Source: Lama glama
Taxonomy: Eukaryota
Assembly (NCBI GenBank): GCA_028534125.1
Contig: CM052817.1
Span: forward strand, 1,614,001-1,678,000
Reading direction: 5' to 3'
Length of the DNA: 64,000 nt
This document shows, one piece after another, positions 50,279 through 63,500 of the stretch. Position 1 is the first letter of the stretch, and each line of letters starts with the position of its first letter. Position numbers and translations under genes: made by a program. The notes beneath the pieces are model-generated. The model had not been told where the DNA came from. It saw only the letters and a list, made by a program, of their open reading frames with translations, and ran no database searches.

Positions 50279-51663
50279 GAAGCTAGCGATTTTAAAGTCT
50301 GTTTTACTTTTTCTTAGTGGATAATTTCCATTTTGATTATTTCATAATGCCCTAGGGTGAAGTCGAATCTTCATGAAAATAGTGCAGATTTTGCTGACAA
50401 TAACTATGGAAGGTTGCCAGTAACTTTCTCATAAAATGAGTTATCTGTACATTATTTCATCTCTTGACCCCAGATTTCACTGTGCTGTGAAAAAAGCCGT
50501 GACATCATCTTTATTCTCAGTAAAAGTCAAGCCTGGATGGTATTTATAAGAATGGATACATGAGTTACATCTTATAGGATGTACATTTTTTTCTCCTGAA
50601 AGGGCATATATGGTTTATGTTTAAAGCCTCAGGTGATCGGGACATTTGTAGTGATATTCTAAGATACGATGTAACCTTCAGAGTAGTTTAAAGGATTAGA
50701 AATCATATATATAAAGCATAGTAAGTGTGGTTACTAAATGGTTTGGAGTTTATTTTGTTTGTAACTTCTTAGAAATTGGTCACTTACTCTTTTGTTGTTG
50801 TTGTTTTTAGTTTTTTAAATAGCAAATAACGGAAGCAAATCTCACTGTCCAACAATAGGAACTAATTTTTTAATAGAAGTGTTGAAGGCTATGTATTTCT
50901 CTAGAAGTAGCTTTTTAGTAAAGCCAACAGTTTCCAAGTATAATATTTTCATTGTGTAAATATGTTTAAATTTTCATGATTTCTTCTTCCTTGGCCCATG
51001 CATTATTTGAAAGTGTGCTTTTAAATGTCAAAAAGTTTTTAAAACATTTTTTTTGACTTGTTATAATTGCATTATGATCAAAGTAATGGTTTGTATGCTA
51101 CTGATTCTATGGAATTTGTTGAGATTGTCTTTATTTCATCCAGATATGTGGTGATGTTTTTAAACGTTCCTCGTACTCTAGAGAAGAATGTGTATTTTTA
51201 AGAATTTAATTATTTTGGAAGGCAGGGAGGTGCAAGTTTCTGTGTGCTTCTAATGATGTCACTTTTGATTACACTGTTCTTTCTGTTTACTAATTTCTTA
51301 ATTAATTTTAAAAATTAATAATTGAGCAGTATTTTGGTGTTAATCTACTCAGTATGGGTCAGTCTGCCCACTGTGGGTGGTAGATTTGTCAGTTTCTTTG
51401 AGTTTTAGCAGTTTTTACTTCCATATGTATTGATACTGTTCTGTTAGGCATGTATGTTTTCTTCTTCCTGTTGAACTGAATTTTTTTGAATCATTATTTA
51501 TGGTGGTTCTTCCATCCCAAAGAAGTGCTTTTATCTGCCACGGTCCTTTTGGTCTCACGTTGATAAAGATGCTCCAGCTGCCTTTTGGTTGGCATTTGCT
51601 TAGCACGCCGATTTTCATCCATTCCCTTTCAGATGTTCTGCCATGTTCTTATGTTTTATGGGT

Positions 51664-52121
51664 GTATTAGCTTTTTGTGGCTGCTGTAACATATTACCAC
51701 AAACTTGGTGCCTTAAAACAAGAGAAGTTTTTCTCTCATAGTTCTGGAATCCAGAAGCCCCAAGTCACTGAGCCAAAATCTGAGTGTCGACGGGATGTGC
51801 TTCCTCTGGAGGGTCTAGAGGAGGGAATCTGTTCTTGGCTTCTTTGGCTGCCAGCATTCTTTGGCTGTAGCTGCGTCACTCCAGGCTCTGTGTCCCTGGT
51901 CAGATCGCCCTTTTCTTGTAAGTCTGTATAGTCAAGTCTTCCTCTGCCTCCTTTTTGCAAGGATACTGGTGATTGCGTTTAGGGTCCACCCAGAAAATCC
52001 AGGAGTCTCATCATCCCCACATGCTTAATCATATCTCCAAAGTCTTTGCAATGTAAAGTAACATCTGCAGGTTCCAGGGATTAATACTGGTATCTTTGGT
52101 GACCATTATTAAGCCAACTGC
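51664..52121. mobile_element. MaLR LTR (MLT1-like) inside older L1 sequence
   Basis: tgtattagctttttgtggctgctgtaacatattaccacaaacttggtgccttaaaacaa...ctcatagttctgga...tttagggtccacccagaaaatccagga...aaagtaacatctgcaggttccagggatta. Confidence 0.8.
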
Positions 52122-52551
52122 AGTCAGTATAATATGTGTCTTTTAACTGGCATAATTTAGTACATTTACATTTATTGTGATTCTGATAAATTTGTACTTT
52201 TTCTATCATTTTACAGTATGTTTTGTGTCAGTTTTTGAACAACCCAGTTGTTTTTATGTTCTCCCCCTTTGGCTTGGAGATTACGTACTCTATCACGTTC
52301 TTTTAGTGGTTGCCTTTGAAATTTTGCCATGCACATTTATCAAAGTCTGGAATTAATTTCATATTCTCTTACCAGGCAAACCAAAGACACTAAGATACTT
52401 TAATTCCAGTTAAACTTAATGATTAAGTTCCATACTACTATTGTTCAGTATTTTAGTCTAATTTTTTTAACCTCATAAATTGAACAGCATCATCATCACT
52501 ATATTATTCAAAAATATTTTTAGATTTACTTTCCTGTTTAGCAGTTTCTTT

Positions 52552-53155
52552 TTTTTATTTATATATTTTTATTTGGAAATGTTTCTATCAGTACAGTGAA
52601 CCTGAATTTTAGAGACACTGGATGCCTTTAGTTTGGATTTCATTAAATTTATTATAAAAGAGAGATGTGGAAATTATTTACATGATGAAAAGATTTCAGA
52701 ACTTCAGTGGAATGGGCAGCTTCACGTGATGCCATTTCAATAGTGACATCTCAGCCTACGTATTTTTCCAAGAATGTCACCATCTCTAAATAAATAATCC
52801 TTGCCGTCTAGAACTTCTTCGGTGCCTCTGTATTCTGGGAGAAGTACTTTATCTTCAAGTTTCACACTAACTGGTTGAATCTCTCCACCCTTTCGTTTAG
52901 AGCCTGATCCAAAACAGCTGCTACTGTTGGCCTGCAATACTTTTCCTTGAGATTTTTTCTGGAAGCATACTGCCTCCTTTGGTTACAGTTTCGGCTGCAC
53001 TCCTTTCAACTGATGCGTGGTCAGAGAGGGAGAGAAACTTTCTAAATGCGTATTCTGCCATGATTCCAGCCCCCACAGTTTGTATTCTGTTCCCCCACTT
53101 CTGCCTCAAGGAGAAACCCCGCAGTCTGGCCCTCCGGACACGTGAAATTGGGAAA
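52552..53155 (-). pseudogene. HSPE1: HSPE1 (10 kDa chaperonin, Hsp10) processed pseudogene; CDS remnant 53061-52751
   Basis: Intronless minus-strand MAEYAFRKFLSLSDHASVERSAAETVTKGGSMLPEK...GSGSKRKGGEIQPVSVKLEDKVLLPEYRGTEEVLDGKDYLFRDGDILGK with several frameshifts; 5' UTR, 3' UTR with AATAAA and A-tail; 18-bp TSD CTGTTTAGCAGTTTCTTT at 52534-52551 and 53156-53173. Confidence 0.95.
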
Positions 53156-56100
53156 CTGTTTAGCAGTTTCTTTACTCACAATTCTTACTGCGCTTCTGTT
53201 TTTTTTCTCTGGGATTGTTTTTCTTCTTTAAAAGCTCCTTTGCTATAGGTTTGTAGGTGGTACCTGTGTTTTTGTTCATCTGGAATGACTTTATTTCACA
53301 TTCTTGAAAGATACTCTTGCTTGGTATAAAAATCTAGATTGACAGATGTATTTCCTTTCAGTAGTTTGAAGATACTTTGTTTCTCAACTTTTGTGGTTTC
53401 TGTTACAAGTTTGCCAGTAGTCTGTCATTCCTTTTTAGGTGATGTCTTTTTTTTCCCTCTGTTTGCTTTTAGAAAAAAATGTTTGCCTTGGCTCTTCTGC
53501 AGGTTCGTTATGATGTGCACGAGGTGCAGGTATCTCTTTGTTTTGCTTAGTGTTTGTGGACTCACATCTTTCCATCATGTAGAATTGTCAGCCATTCTTT
53601 CTGGATGTCAGCTCTTCCCTACTATTTATCATCTCTGCCTGTAAGTCCAGTAAATGTGTAGTGGATTTTCTTATTCTGCCCTCCACTTCTCTGCTGTCAT
53701 AATTTGGACCTCCTTGTCTGCCTGTGCTGGTTTTTGGGTAATTTTTTTCGTATCTATCTTTTAATTCACTTGTTCCCGTTTATCTGTGTCAAAACTGCTA
53801 TTCATTAGTTGATTAATTTTTTAAAAATTATTTCGTTTCTAAGAGTTCTGTTTGGTTTCTTTTTCAGGTCTGCCTGCTCATTTTTCATAGTCCCTGTGGC
53901 TTGTCATATTTATGATTAATTTATATTTTAAACATTTCGTACGTAGTTATTCTGTGTTCTGAGTTATAATTCTGTGTCTGACGCCTCTGGGGGCCTGGAC
54001 CTATGATTGATTTTTTCTGATGACTGTCAGTCATGGAGATTGTTTTTGGGTTTGTTGAATTTTTGACTTGGACCTCATATTTGGTTGATTTTAACCTGTG
54101 GAAGAACCTGAGGAATCAACACTGAGGATGTTTTTTCCTGAGAGGATTGTATTTACTTCTGCTGTAAGCCAGGGTTACTCCGCCTGAGACTGTCTGTACC
54201 CCCTTACACCAGCTCTTCCTTTTTTTACCTCTACCAGTGTAGACTTTTGGCACTGACCTCTGGTAATGTCACTTTTTGTGAGTGATTCAGAGCTCTAGTT
54301 TCATTCTCTTGGTTTTGGTTTTTGTTGTTGTTTAGCCCTTGAAGGTTTCATGTATTTCTTACATGCAAATAACATTTGTTTTTATGGAAAATCTGATTTG
54401 AGTGGTAGGGCCTCTCAAGTATTTGCCTTACTTGAAATCTCCAGGTATTTACTAGTAATGGAAATAGTGGTTGTGTATTATTTTAAAACTTAGGAAAAGC
54501 ATATTCGGTATGAGGTGATTCTAAAACGCCCAGCTTGAGGGTCAGTGGAGTGAGTGAGGTGTGTTGGTGTTCTTTGGTACGAGGGGGAGCCAGCTACAGC
54601 TTGGCAAGCATATGAGACTTAGGTGAAGTCACTTGCTCTGTTTTATCATCTGTGTGATCGGGCGGCTTCTCAAGTTCCTTGGTGCCAAAAATGTGTACTT
54701 CTAAGGTTTGTTTCACTGCTCTTTATTTGTCTTATATTAATTAGTCAGTATTATAAGGCCTGTGCTCAAAGCATTGCGTGGGGATGTGAGAAGGAAGAGC
54801 GTTAGCGTTGTAAGGGCTCCCACCTCAGCGAGCGTGCAGCCGAGCAATGATGTTAACAACTGGTAGCACAGAGCTGTGAGAGGGAACTCTAGAAAGTGGC
54901 GCTGTGTGTCCCCGGGCACGTATCAAGGAAGACAGTTACTTAGTCCCGTCAGAGAAAGCTCTTCTGGTGTCCTTTTGAAGATACTCAGTCAGCCTTTAAA
55001 GGTGCTGCTGCTGTTTATGATACCAGTAAGAATAGCTACCATTTATTTTATTGTTGGCTGTGTGCCAGGCCCTGTATGAAGCATTTAGCATAAATTAACT
55101 CCTTTAACCTTAAACCGAGGAAGTAGATGATCGTATCATTCCCACTGACTAATGAAGAAACTGAGCACAGAAGGAGACGAAGTGATGTGTGTAGGGACAC
55201 AGAGCCAGGAAGTGGCAAACCGGGCTCAAACCCAGGTGGCTTGCCCCAGGGTCTGAACCCTAGCCATGCACCGAGCCAGGTTACCAGTCAGCTAGCGCTG
55301 AGAGGCTGATGGAATTTTGATGAAGACCAAAGCCAGATTCTTTCTGTACCAGTGTCATGTGACAGATTTTGGAAATAAAAACAGGATGGGGTGCATTAAA
55401 GTTCACTTACTTGTGTTCAGTTAAACAGATGGTTGGTTGGCTTATCTTTAGTTGCCTCACCCAGAGCTGTTTTCAGAGCCACACCCGAGCCTCTCAGGGA
55501 GCTAGACTACGCGCTGGCTTAGGGGTTGAGTCAGACGCCCCACTTAATCCGTGGTGCGTGTGTTGACAGTTAGAACACAGTAGTTTTACTTAAAATATAA
55601 AAAGATAAAATGAGTTTATAATAGGATGTTATTTTTAATTAAAATAATGTGTTTTAACTTTTAGTTGGTTAAACTTAATGTCCTTGAAGTTTGTGAGGTG
55701 GACTGTGTGGCCTGTTACTTTTACATTCTCGTCAGGTATTAGAGCATGAAAATACTTCCTTGTTACAGGGTCTCCACTATGTGCCAGACGCTGTGCTGGA
55801 TGTTTTATGCTTATTATTTCTAACTGCCCCAACAACTCTGGAACGTCACTTGACTGTATTTTATTACAAGTGAGGAAACTGAGGTGGAAAAGGCGATAAA
55901 CCTTCCTGAGGTCAGATAGTGTGGATTAGGAGGCAGCAGGGGGGCGCTGCTGGCACAGGGCTGACATGTTCGTCAGTGGTGGGGAGTGGAAAGACACGCC
56001 CCTGTGTCTCCAGGGAGAAGGGACTGTTGGCAATGAGATGGCTGGAAAACATCCATGAAAATAAATTCCAGATGGAGTCAGGAGAAATGTTTAAAATTAC

Positions 56101-57420
56101 AGAGAATGTAGAGATAGAGCAGAATAAAGTGTTTATCAGAGATAATGCCTGAAACTTTTGGGGAACATTTTATCAGACATGTGCCTCTGAAGGGATGATG
56201 ACTTTTTCTTTAAAAGGAAGTCAAAGGAAAAGGTTTGCAGACCTAAGTATGTAAAATGTTAAAATACTTGCTTATTTATGAATAAAAATATAGAAGTTAA
56301 TAGTATGGGAATGTCAAATACAACAAAAGGTCAATGTAGGTATAGACTTTAAAAAAAATTGTAGAAGTAAATATGTCAAGATTTCAATAGATAAGTTGGT
56401 GGACAAAGAAATTAATAGACCCTAATGGAAATTTCAGATGTAAATAAACACATGAAAAACATTCGTTCTTACCTACTAATCAGAGAAATGCCGAATAAAG
56501 CAGCCACTTCCGATCCGTCAAAGCAGGGAAATTTTGCTGATACTTCTGCTTCCTTTTCAAGATAATGTGAGCCAGAAGGGAAGTGAAACTTCATATTTAA
56601 TCCTGACCCATTGGAGGGGGTTTCTTTTACTGTGAACTTTCCTTTCCGATGTCAGGTTTACTCTTCAGGCAATCGTTTGAGACATTGTGTTCTCCTTCAT
56701 TTAGCAACTGATTTTTGAGCTCTCGCTCTAAGCAAGGCCCTGCAACTGGGATTTTCGAGAAGGATCACATTTTGGGGGTGTTTATTTTATTTGTGCTGTT
56801 ACAATTATTTGAGAGTGCTTTATGTTTTTATTGACTTGTTAAAATATGCTATAGTTTTTTCAGAAATATTCTCAACTGTTGTGTAGAAATCATTTTGAAG
56901 TATATCGTGCTCTTGGTTCCTGGGTAGAATTGCCTCCCCCAAGTAAACAAAGCTTTATTATTCATCTGAGGCTTGGGGTTGAAGACTTGACTAGATGGAT
57001 TATTTTCTATCCTGCATGAACCCTAGAAGGTCAGGCTGCAAGGCCAAGGTGCCAGATTTTCCTAGACATACAGTATAACATACCTGGGAAAGAATGAATT
57101 ATTTACTCGTTTCAGGTGATAGTTATTACTTAGGTAAGAATTAAATGACAGCATGGAAGGGGTAAACTTCTCTTCCCCTTTGACAAGGGTGGCCCGCGCT
57201 GGGCGAATGTCTGCTTTGTGGAAATGCTGCTTAACGTTGCACCTGTGTCTTGATGCAGGTCTTCCACACTTAACGGTGTCTGGGTAAAGTCAGCTGTCAG
57301 TAGTTGGCAGAATGTGAATGTTTTCTGCTGTCTTCCAGGTTGTTTTTACCGCTCATTGAAAAGAGTTTATTTCTAAAATTTCTATAGCCTTATGTTAAGG
57401 TTTTTAAAGCTCCTATTCAT

Positions 57421-57509
57421 CGAGGTCCTGGGTTCAGTCCCCAGTACCTCCTCCAAATATAAATAAACCCAATTACCTCCTCCCATCAAAACAAAACAAA
57501 ACAAAAAAC
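57421..57509 (+). mobile_element. 5'-truncated tRNA-derived SINE (camelid Vic-1-like) with TSD
   Basis: cgaggtcctgggttcagtccccagtacctcc...aataaacccaattacctcc...(CAAAA)n tail; TSD AAAGCTCCTATTCAT (57406-57420) / AAAGCACCTATGCAT (57510-57524), preceded by TTTTT, an L1-endonuclease-type site. Confidence 0.85.
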
Positions 57510-60500
57510 AAAGCACCTATGCATATACAGATGTTAGATCTTATTTTTAGCCATTTTGTTTTTATTTTTAAACAAAAGGGATATGCAGACATTTCAGTGT
57601 TTCCCTCAGTGCCAGAGAGTTTGGTATTTTTTTAAAAATGGGATTTATATTTGAGAGCTGCTGATATTAATTTAGATAAATAAAATAATTCTAGGGAAAT
57701 TTCAGCTACCAAACGTTAATATGCTCAGTGTTTATTAGTGTTAAGAATGATTTATTATATTCCAGGTTTTGAAAACTGATAGTTTTATTAATCAGAATAT
57801 TCAGTGACTAGAGCTTTCTGTTTAATCGCCATGTCTGTCTACTCAGTAGCTTCAGGGAGTTTCTCTGGTATTCATTCCTGTGTGAAAATACAGAGCTGAC
57901 TTGATGGGTGGAACAGGTACCAGCTGTCATGGCTGTGCTGGCTGGTGACCAGGACTTCATTGCTGAAATAATAGTAACAGCAGGCATCATATTGAGCATA
58001 TTGTGTCCAGTCCTCATCAGTCTTGTAAGGTAGATTTCATTATTGTCCCCCTTCTTCAAAGGGAAAACTGGTAGAAATAGTGAGCTTGCCCAGGACATGT
58101 TCCTAGTGAGTATCTGGGCTGCAGTCTGAACCCTGATGACCTCAAATCCTTCCTCTTTCCCATGAAGCATCACTGTCTTTTGGCTGTTGTGGGACCTGAG
58201 CGTCTTCCACTCGTGTACTGCCACCCTCCCATAGGAGACTGACTTCAGGCAGGTGACGGGGGCAGAACAGAGCTCTCGGGACCATTCAGAAAGAGCCAGG
58301 CAAACAGCCTGGTTTTAGCTTAGCCAACACGTGCCTGGGGCTGCGGAGTGCTGGAGAGTTAGCAGAAGCCCTGCTTAGCTGCGTGGACTCTGTCACTATG
58401 CACTCGCCTTGTTTCGTGGCTGCAGTATAATTTCGTATGTGCTGTTTTAACAACTTAAAGTATTGGCCATGTCTGACATGTCACTCATAAGGTCATTTTT
58501 ATCACTAAATGCTTCCCATCCTACGGACTTGTAACTCTTAAAGTATTTCCTTGCTATTGATCCGTGTTTTTCTCAGGGGAAGCATTCTTGTCTTAGGCTG
58601 GTGGTGGTCGACAGTCGTTCCTAAAGTGTTCAGCCAGATTGCGGAGGGTTTTTCCTTCCTTATCAGATCTGCACAGAGGTTTCTGTACTCACATGTGGCC
58701 GGTCAGTCTGTGCTTCCTGACTTGCTCGGCTGGGTCTTCCTGCTGTCCTTCTGGGTCTCACTCTGGTACTACAAATCTAGAATTCTCCTTTTCTTCTCTT
58801 ATTGCCCTGCCCTGGGAGTCACATTTGCTTGAGTCTCCAAAACCTGTCAGCTAGAGACAGACACAGCTTTGGCTTTGCATACCGACTTTGGGAGTTGATG
58901 TAACGCTTAGAAACGTAACACCTAGGTGACTCAAAACACAAAACCCAGTTTGAGGCACAGAGTGTTCATCTGCAGCCTGCAGTTCCCAGTGAGTGGTGGA
59001 CTGCGGCTGGGAGCCTGTGCAGGCAGCTGCTCTGTCCCAGAGTCTCCTCGGTCCTGTGTCGCTTGTGGTGGAGTGAAGCTGAGTGACGGCTTTTCTTACG
59101 TCAGACGCCTCTGGATCCAGGCTCAGATGAGCATTGCCGGCCCGGAGTGTGAGACCTGGATGTGTCTTTGTTCCTCGGTTTATGCTTATCAAGGCCTTTT
59201 AGACCGTGGTCCTGTGAAGACAGCAGTGAGTGAGAGGCGAGTCTCCTGCCCTTTCGAGGGTTACGTGCCGGCATTCCAAGACAGACAGGGAATTTGTGGT
59301 GCTACTAATTGCTGACACTTGAGTTACTGTGCCAGGGACTTGTTCCAAGCATTTTACCTGCGCCAACTGTATGAGGGATGCATTTGTTAGCATCATTATT
59401 TCAGTGGTGGAAACTGAAACCAGAGAAGTTAAGAAGTTTTCCCAAGCTTTCAGAGCCAGTAAACGGCTGAGCTGGAATTTGAACTCAAGCAGCCCGGCTT
59501 CAGAGTCTGTGCTCTGAAAGAGGGAGGGAAAGAAAACTCGGTGATTTGAGAGAGCTGGGAATGGGGGTTACTCTAATTAGGGTGGTAAGCTGTCTCAAAA
59601 TTTGGAGGTGAAATTTGACCTGAAACCTGGCTGATAAGAGGTAAAGTACTCAAAGTAGCTGGAATAAGTTTGTTGCCGGCACAGAGCAGAGCTGTTTAAA
59701 AGGCTGTGAGGCAGGAAGGAGCTGGCTTTGTGCAGACCAGGAGTCTCGTGTATCTGGGACAGTGTGGCAGAAAGATGGCTGGGGGCCACACTGGGAGGGT
59801 CCCTGTTGGCTGTGATCAAGATTTCAGATTTTATTCCAAGGACTGCGGGAAACCGTTGATAGGAATTAAGCAGCGGCAGGACCTGATCTGATTACATTTT
59901 TGCAGACAATGAGTTATAAGAGTTTGAGTGGAAGCAGGGAAAAGAGGCTGGGGGAGGACTGAGGTTCATATTGGACGTGAGGTGTGAGTGGCCCCTCCTT
60001 GTATCTTTGTTTGCTTATTTACCACGGTATCTCAATGCTTAAAGAAAATGGTGATAAACAGATTTAGTTTTATCCCCCTCTCCCACTCCCTAACAAAATC
60101 TAGTCCTCACCGTTAGCCTTGGCTCAAGCTGTCTCTGCCTGGAGTGCCTAGTGCCCTCCCCACCTGTGGTGTCACCTCCAGGAGCCCTTCCTACTCAGTG
60201 TTGCCGCTGACCCCTCCTTGCCCATCCTCCCAGTCCCCTCCCCAGGGCACTACGTCCTCCTAACTTATCATGCAATTTACTTAATCATGTTTATTTACTG
60301 CCTGGCCCCCTCTGCCAGTATATACATCTCCTGAAGGGCGGAGGTCTTTGTGCGTTGAGTTGAGTGTTGCAGGAACTCCCTGAAGAACAGTGCCTGGCCT
60401 GTATTAGCTGCATTGTAGGAACTCAGTAGACATCTGATGAAGTTACCCTTTGGCTTCTACTTCAGTTGCATTTGAAAAGCTGTGTGGGATCGTGGACCCA

Positions 60501-63500
60501 GTGTGGATGAAGCCTTACAGAATTTGAATTCTTCCCTCTATCTCAGTAGTTTGAAATGGCACCATTTTGATTAAGTAAGAGTTAATACATGTATATGCAG
60601 TTTGAGGCATAATTTTCCTTTGTCTAAATTTGTTTTTGGCCATTTTTTCCATATGGTTTAGAACTTTCATAGTTTTCCCCTTTAAATATCATTTGGAATT
60701 TTTAAAGGCTTCAGAGGTTACTCGGATATTAACACAGGAAGTTCCTATGTTGGTGGTGATAATGGGAAACTATTTTTTCATGTATTTTTGAAACCAGTTG
60801 TAGTTATGACAGAGATGAGAAATTTTCATTTACTTGTCACCAACTATAAAAAGCTGCGTACTCACATACAGAATGTCCCTAGGCCTGGCCAGGACACTCA
60901 CTTTGGTCCTAGGCCTGACAGTAATCAGAGCTACCCCTTAATGTGTGTTCACTCTGCTAGGTGCTCTCCAAACAGGGTTTCTGAGTCTGACGGCCTCCCT
61001 CAAGACTGCCATTACAACGCCTGTTTGCGGATTAGGAAACTGAATCCTGGGGAGAAGATAAGCAGCTTGTCCAGGGGCACACGCAGTAGGCGGTGCTGTG
61101 GGCTCCAGACTTGGCCTCAGCCTGTCTCCAGACACACACAGGCCGCTGCTCTCTGCTTGTGGCTCCTTGTGTGCCCAGGGCCGTCTTCTCCCTTCTCTGA
61201 GCCTCAGTGTTCCTGCTTTAAAATGAAGGGGTCACATTTAAACTGCTGCAGAGACCTTTGCAACGTCGAGTCAGAAAGGTGCGGTTCGTCAGCCCCGTGC
61301 GAGCGCCTTTGCGCCAGACGGCAGTGCCAGCTGTTCGGACCGCGCGAGCTCGTACACCCGGCCTGCGTCGCCGAGTGAGCGGGGTGGGCTGGGTTCCCGA
61401 TGGCTTCAGGCTCTCAGGCCGGGGTGGTGTGTGTCCTGTTCTTGGCAGTAAACTTGGCCTGTCTCTCCCTGACGTGAGGAGGGAGGTGCTTCCCGTCCCC
61501 TTGATTCCTCAGAGAAGGGAGTGTCCCTTTGTGCTGAGAGGCCAGGGACTTCCTGCTCTCAGTCAGATGCAAGTATGTAGCCGCTCCGAATTGGCTCCGA
61601 ATCGAGGCTGATGTAGGTTTAAAGAAATACTGTTATAATTAGCCAGTACTGATTTAAGAAATCCTCAGTCCTCAGTCATAAATGAGGTGAACAGAATCCC
61701 TTTGCAGGCCCGACTGTGAGGGCCCACTTAACCCTGTCCGTTCTCAACTCAGCTCACTGTCGCTGCCTTAGGGCAGGACAGTCTCTTAGAACCTACGTTT
61801 TATCACGTGTAAGATCAAGGTAGAGCCACTGAATTAAAATTCTTGACAGAATGTGTGTTAAAGTATCAGGTTTACACACGCGTCTGATGCCGCCTTGCTG
61901 CTGGAGGCGCAAGCGCTGCGCGTTCAGCTTGCTCACCCCGCTCACCCCGCAGGGTGCTTGCTTTGCGCATGTTCCTAATGGTCTTTACCGGTTTCTCTCT
62001 TTCTATAAATTAAACTCTAAAAAATGTATACATGAACAGTACTCTGCTAGCCGTCTCTGTCTTCCGTCCACCCAGATTCTCCTCACCGCTTACAAGTGTA
62101 AACCGCCATTTCAGGTTCCTCGTGTGGAATTCCTGTGTTTATGCAGATACCAGCAAATACGAGGTTTTCCTCAGCACTCGTCTTCCCCCACCAAGCGGTG
62201 CCGAAAGGACACTGTTCTCAGTATCTCGCTTTTTTTCGTTTGATAGTATATCCCTGTTTTTGTGACAGTGAGGCCATCTAAAAATTTGTGCGCTCACAAT
62301 TACCATATAGCATAAAGGGTTTTCAGTCTCCCTCAGTGACATAGTTACTCCTCAGAGAATAGACCTTTGGCAGGTTTTCACTCAGACTAGTTCTTGTGAT
62401 TTTAAATACTTCCTGCCTAGCCCTAGACAGGAAAACTGGCACCATCTTCAGAAGTCCCAGCAGTGGCTCAGATTTCAGCCTTGACATGTACAGAATGTGT
62501 ATTTCTGAGCATGCTCAGCAGCTCTGTTGTTCTCACCGTATTAGCCCAGGCTGACTAGTGTCTTCAAAGCTTCCTTTGATCATTTGTCTTCTGCGGAACC
62601 AGTTACTTCACAAGTAGGAACACTTAGTTACTGACCATTAAATTCTGATAAAACTGCCTATTTGTTTTTGTGTATTTTAATCTTCCTTACAGCTCTGCCA
62701 AGCTTTCCACCTTTTCTCCTCCCCAGGACAGAAATCCAACTCAAACCCTACTTAGTAAGCCACCCTCATGGAGTGAAACTCAGGAAAAGTTCTGTTTCAG
62801 TAAAACCATAAATTTTGAAAGTCTTTGTTACTTCAGCAGAAATACAATTAGAAATAGTCAAGCAATTGAAGGAAAGTAGCAGTATTGTGAATGAACAAAA
62901 ATAGAGGAAGTGGCTGACACTGTCAGAGGATCAAGTCGAATTCTCCTTTTTGTCCTGCATGCAGTTGTCCTGGGTGTGGACCTCAGGGCACGGGCATCAG
63001 CGTAGTGACTGCAGTGCGGGCTTCCTGGACTGCGGTGGTGGTTTGTTACGGTGTGAGGCACCGCACGTACGATTGCTTCTCCAGGTTCCTCTCCTGAAAC
63101 CTGAATTGTGGAATTTCTGCTTGAAAGCACTTGTTTAAGTGTATACCAGTTAATATTTGCTCCCTTGCCACTGACAATAGTGAATGTTGCTTCAAATATA
63201 TATATTTTTGAAGTGAGGATGAAAGCAACATTTTGTGAACCTAGTTAGTAATGGAGATGATTTTGCACTCCTTTCCACCATGCATCCATTTAGCAGATGT
63301 TTCTTGAGGCCTGTTAGGTGCTCATTGGTTGGGGAGATACTGTGAGCTAGACGGAAGGCCCCAGTGTGCCGACCTGCCCTTGGCTGGCATCCGCGTTGTG
63401 ACTTCCCATGTGGCCGTTGATGGGTAAGCTTGGCTTTGAAATGAGTGGTCTTGGGACCGGGTCCTGATTTGGCCATTTATCTGTCTTGAGGCCTCAGGAT

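Noticed and set aside
55933..55950. CTCF-like motif GCAGCAGGGGGGCGCTGC
   Set aside because: Imperfect match (one extra G versus the core consensus); cannot be supported without a PWM score or ChIP data.
57259..57283. Possible 25-nt micro-exon in ADD1 intron 1 (tgcag|...TGG|gtaaag)
   Set aside because: Weak polypyrimidine tract; such pairs arise by chance in 27 kb of intron; needs RNA-seq.
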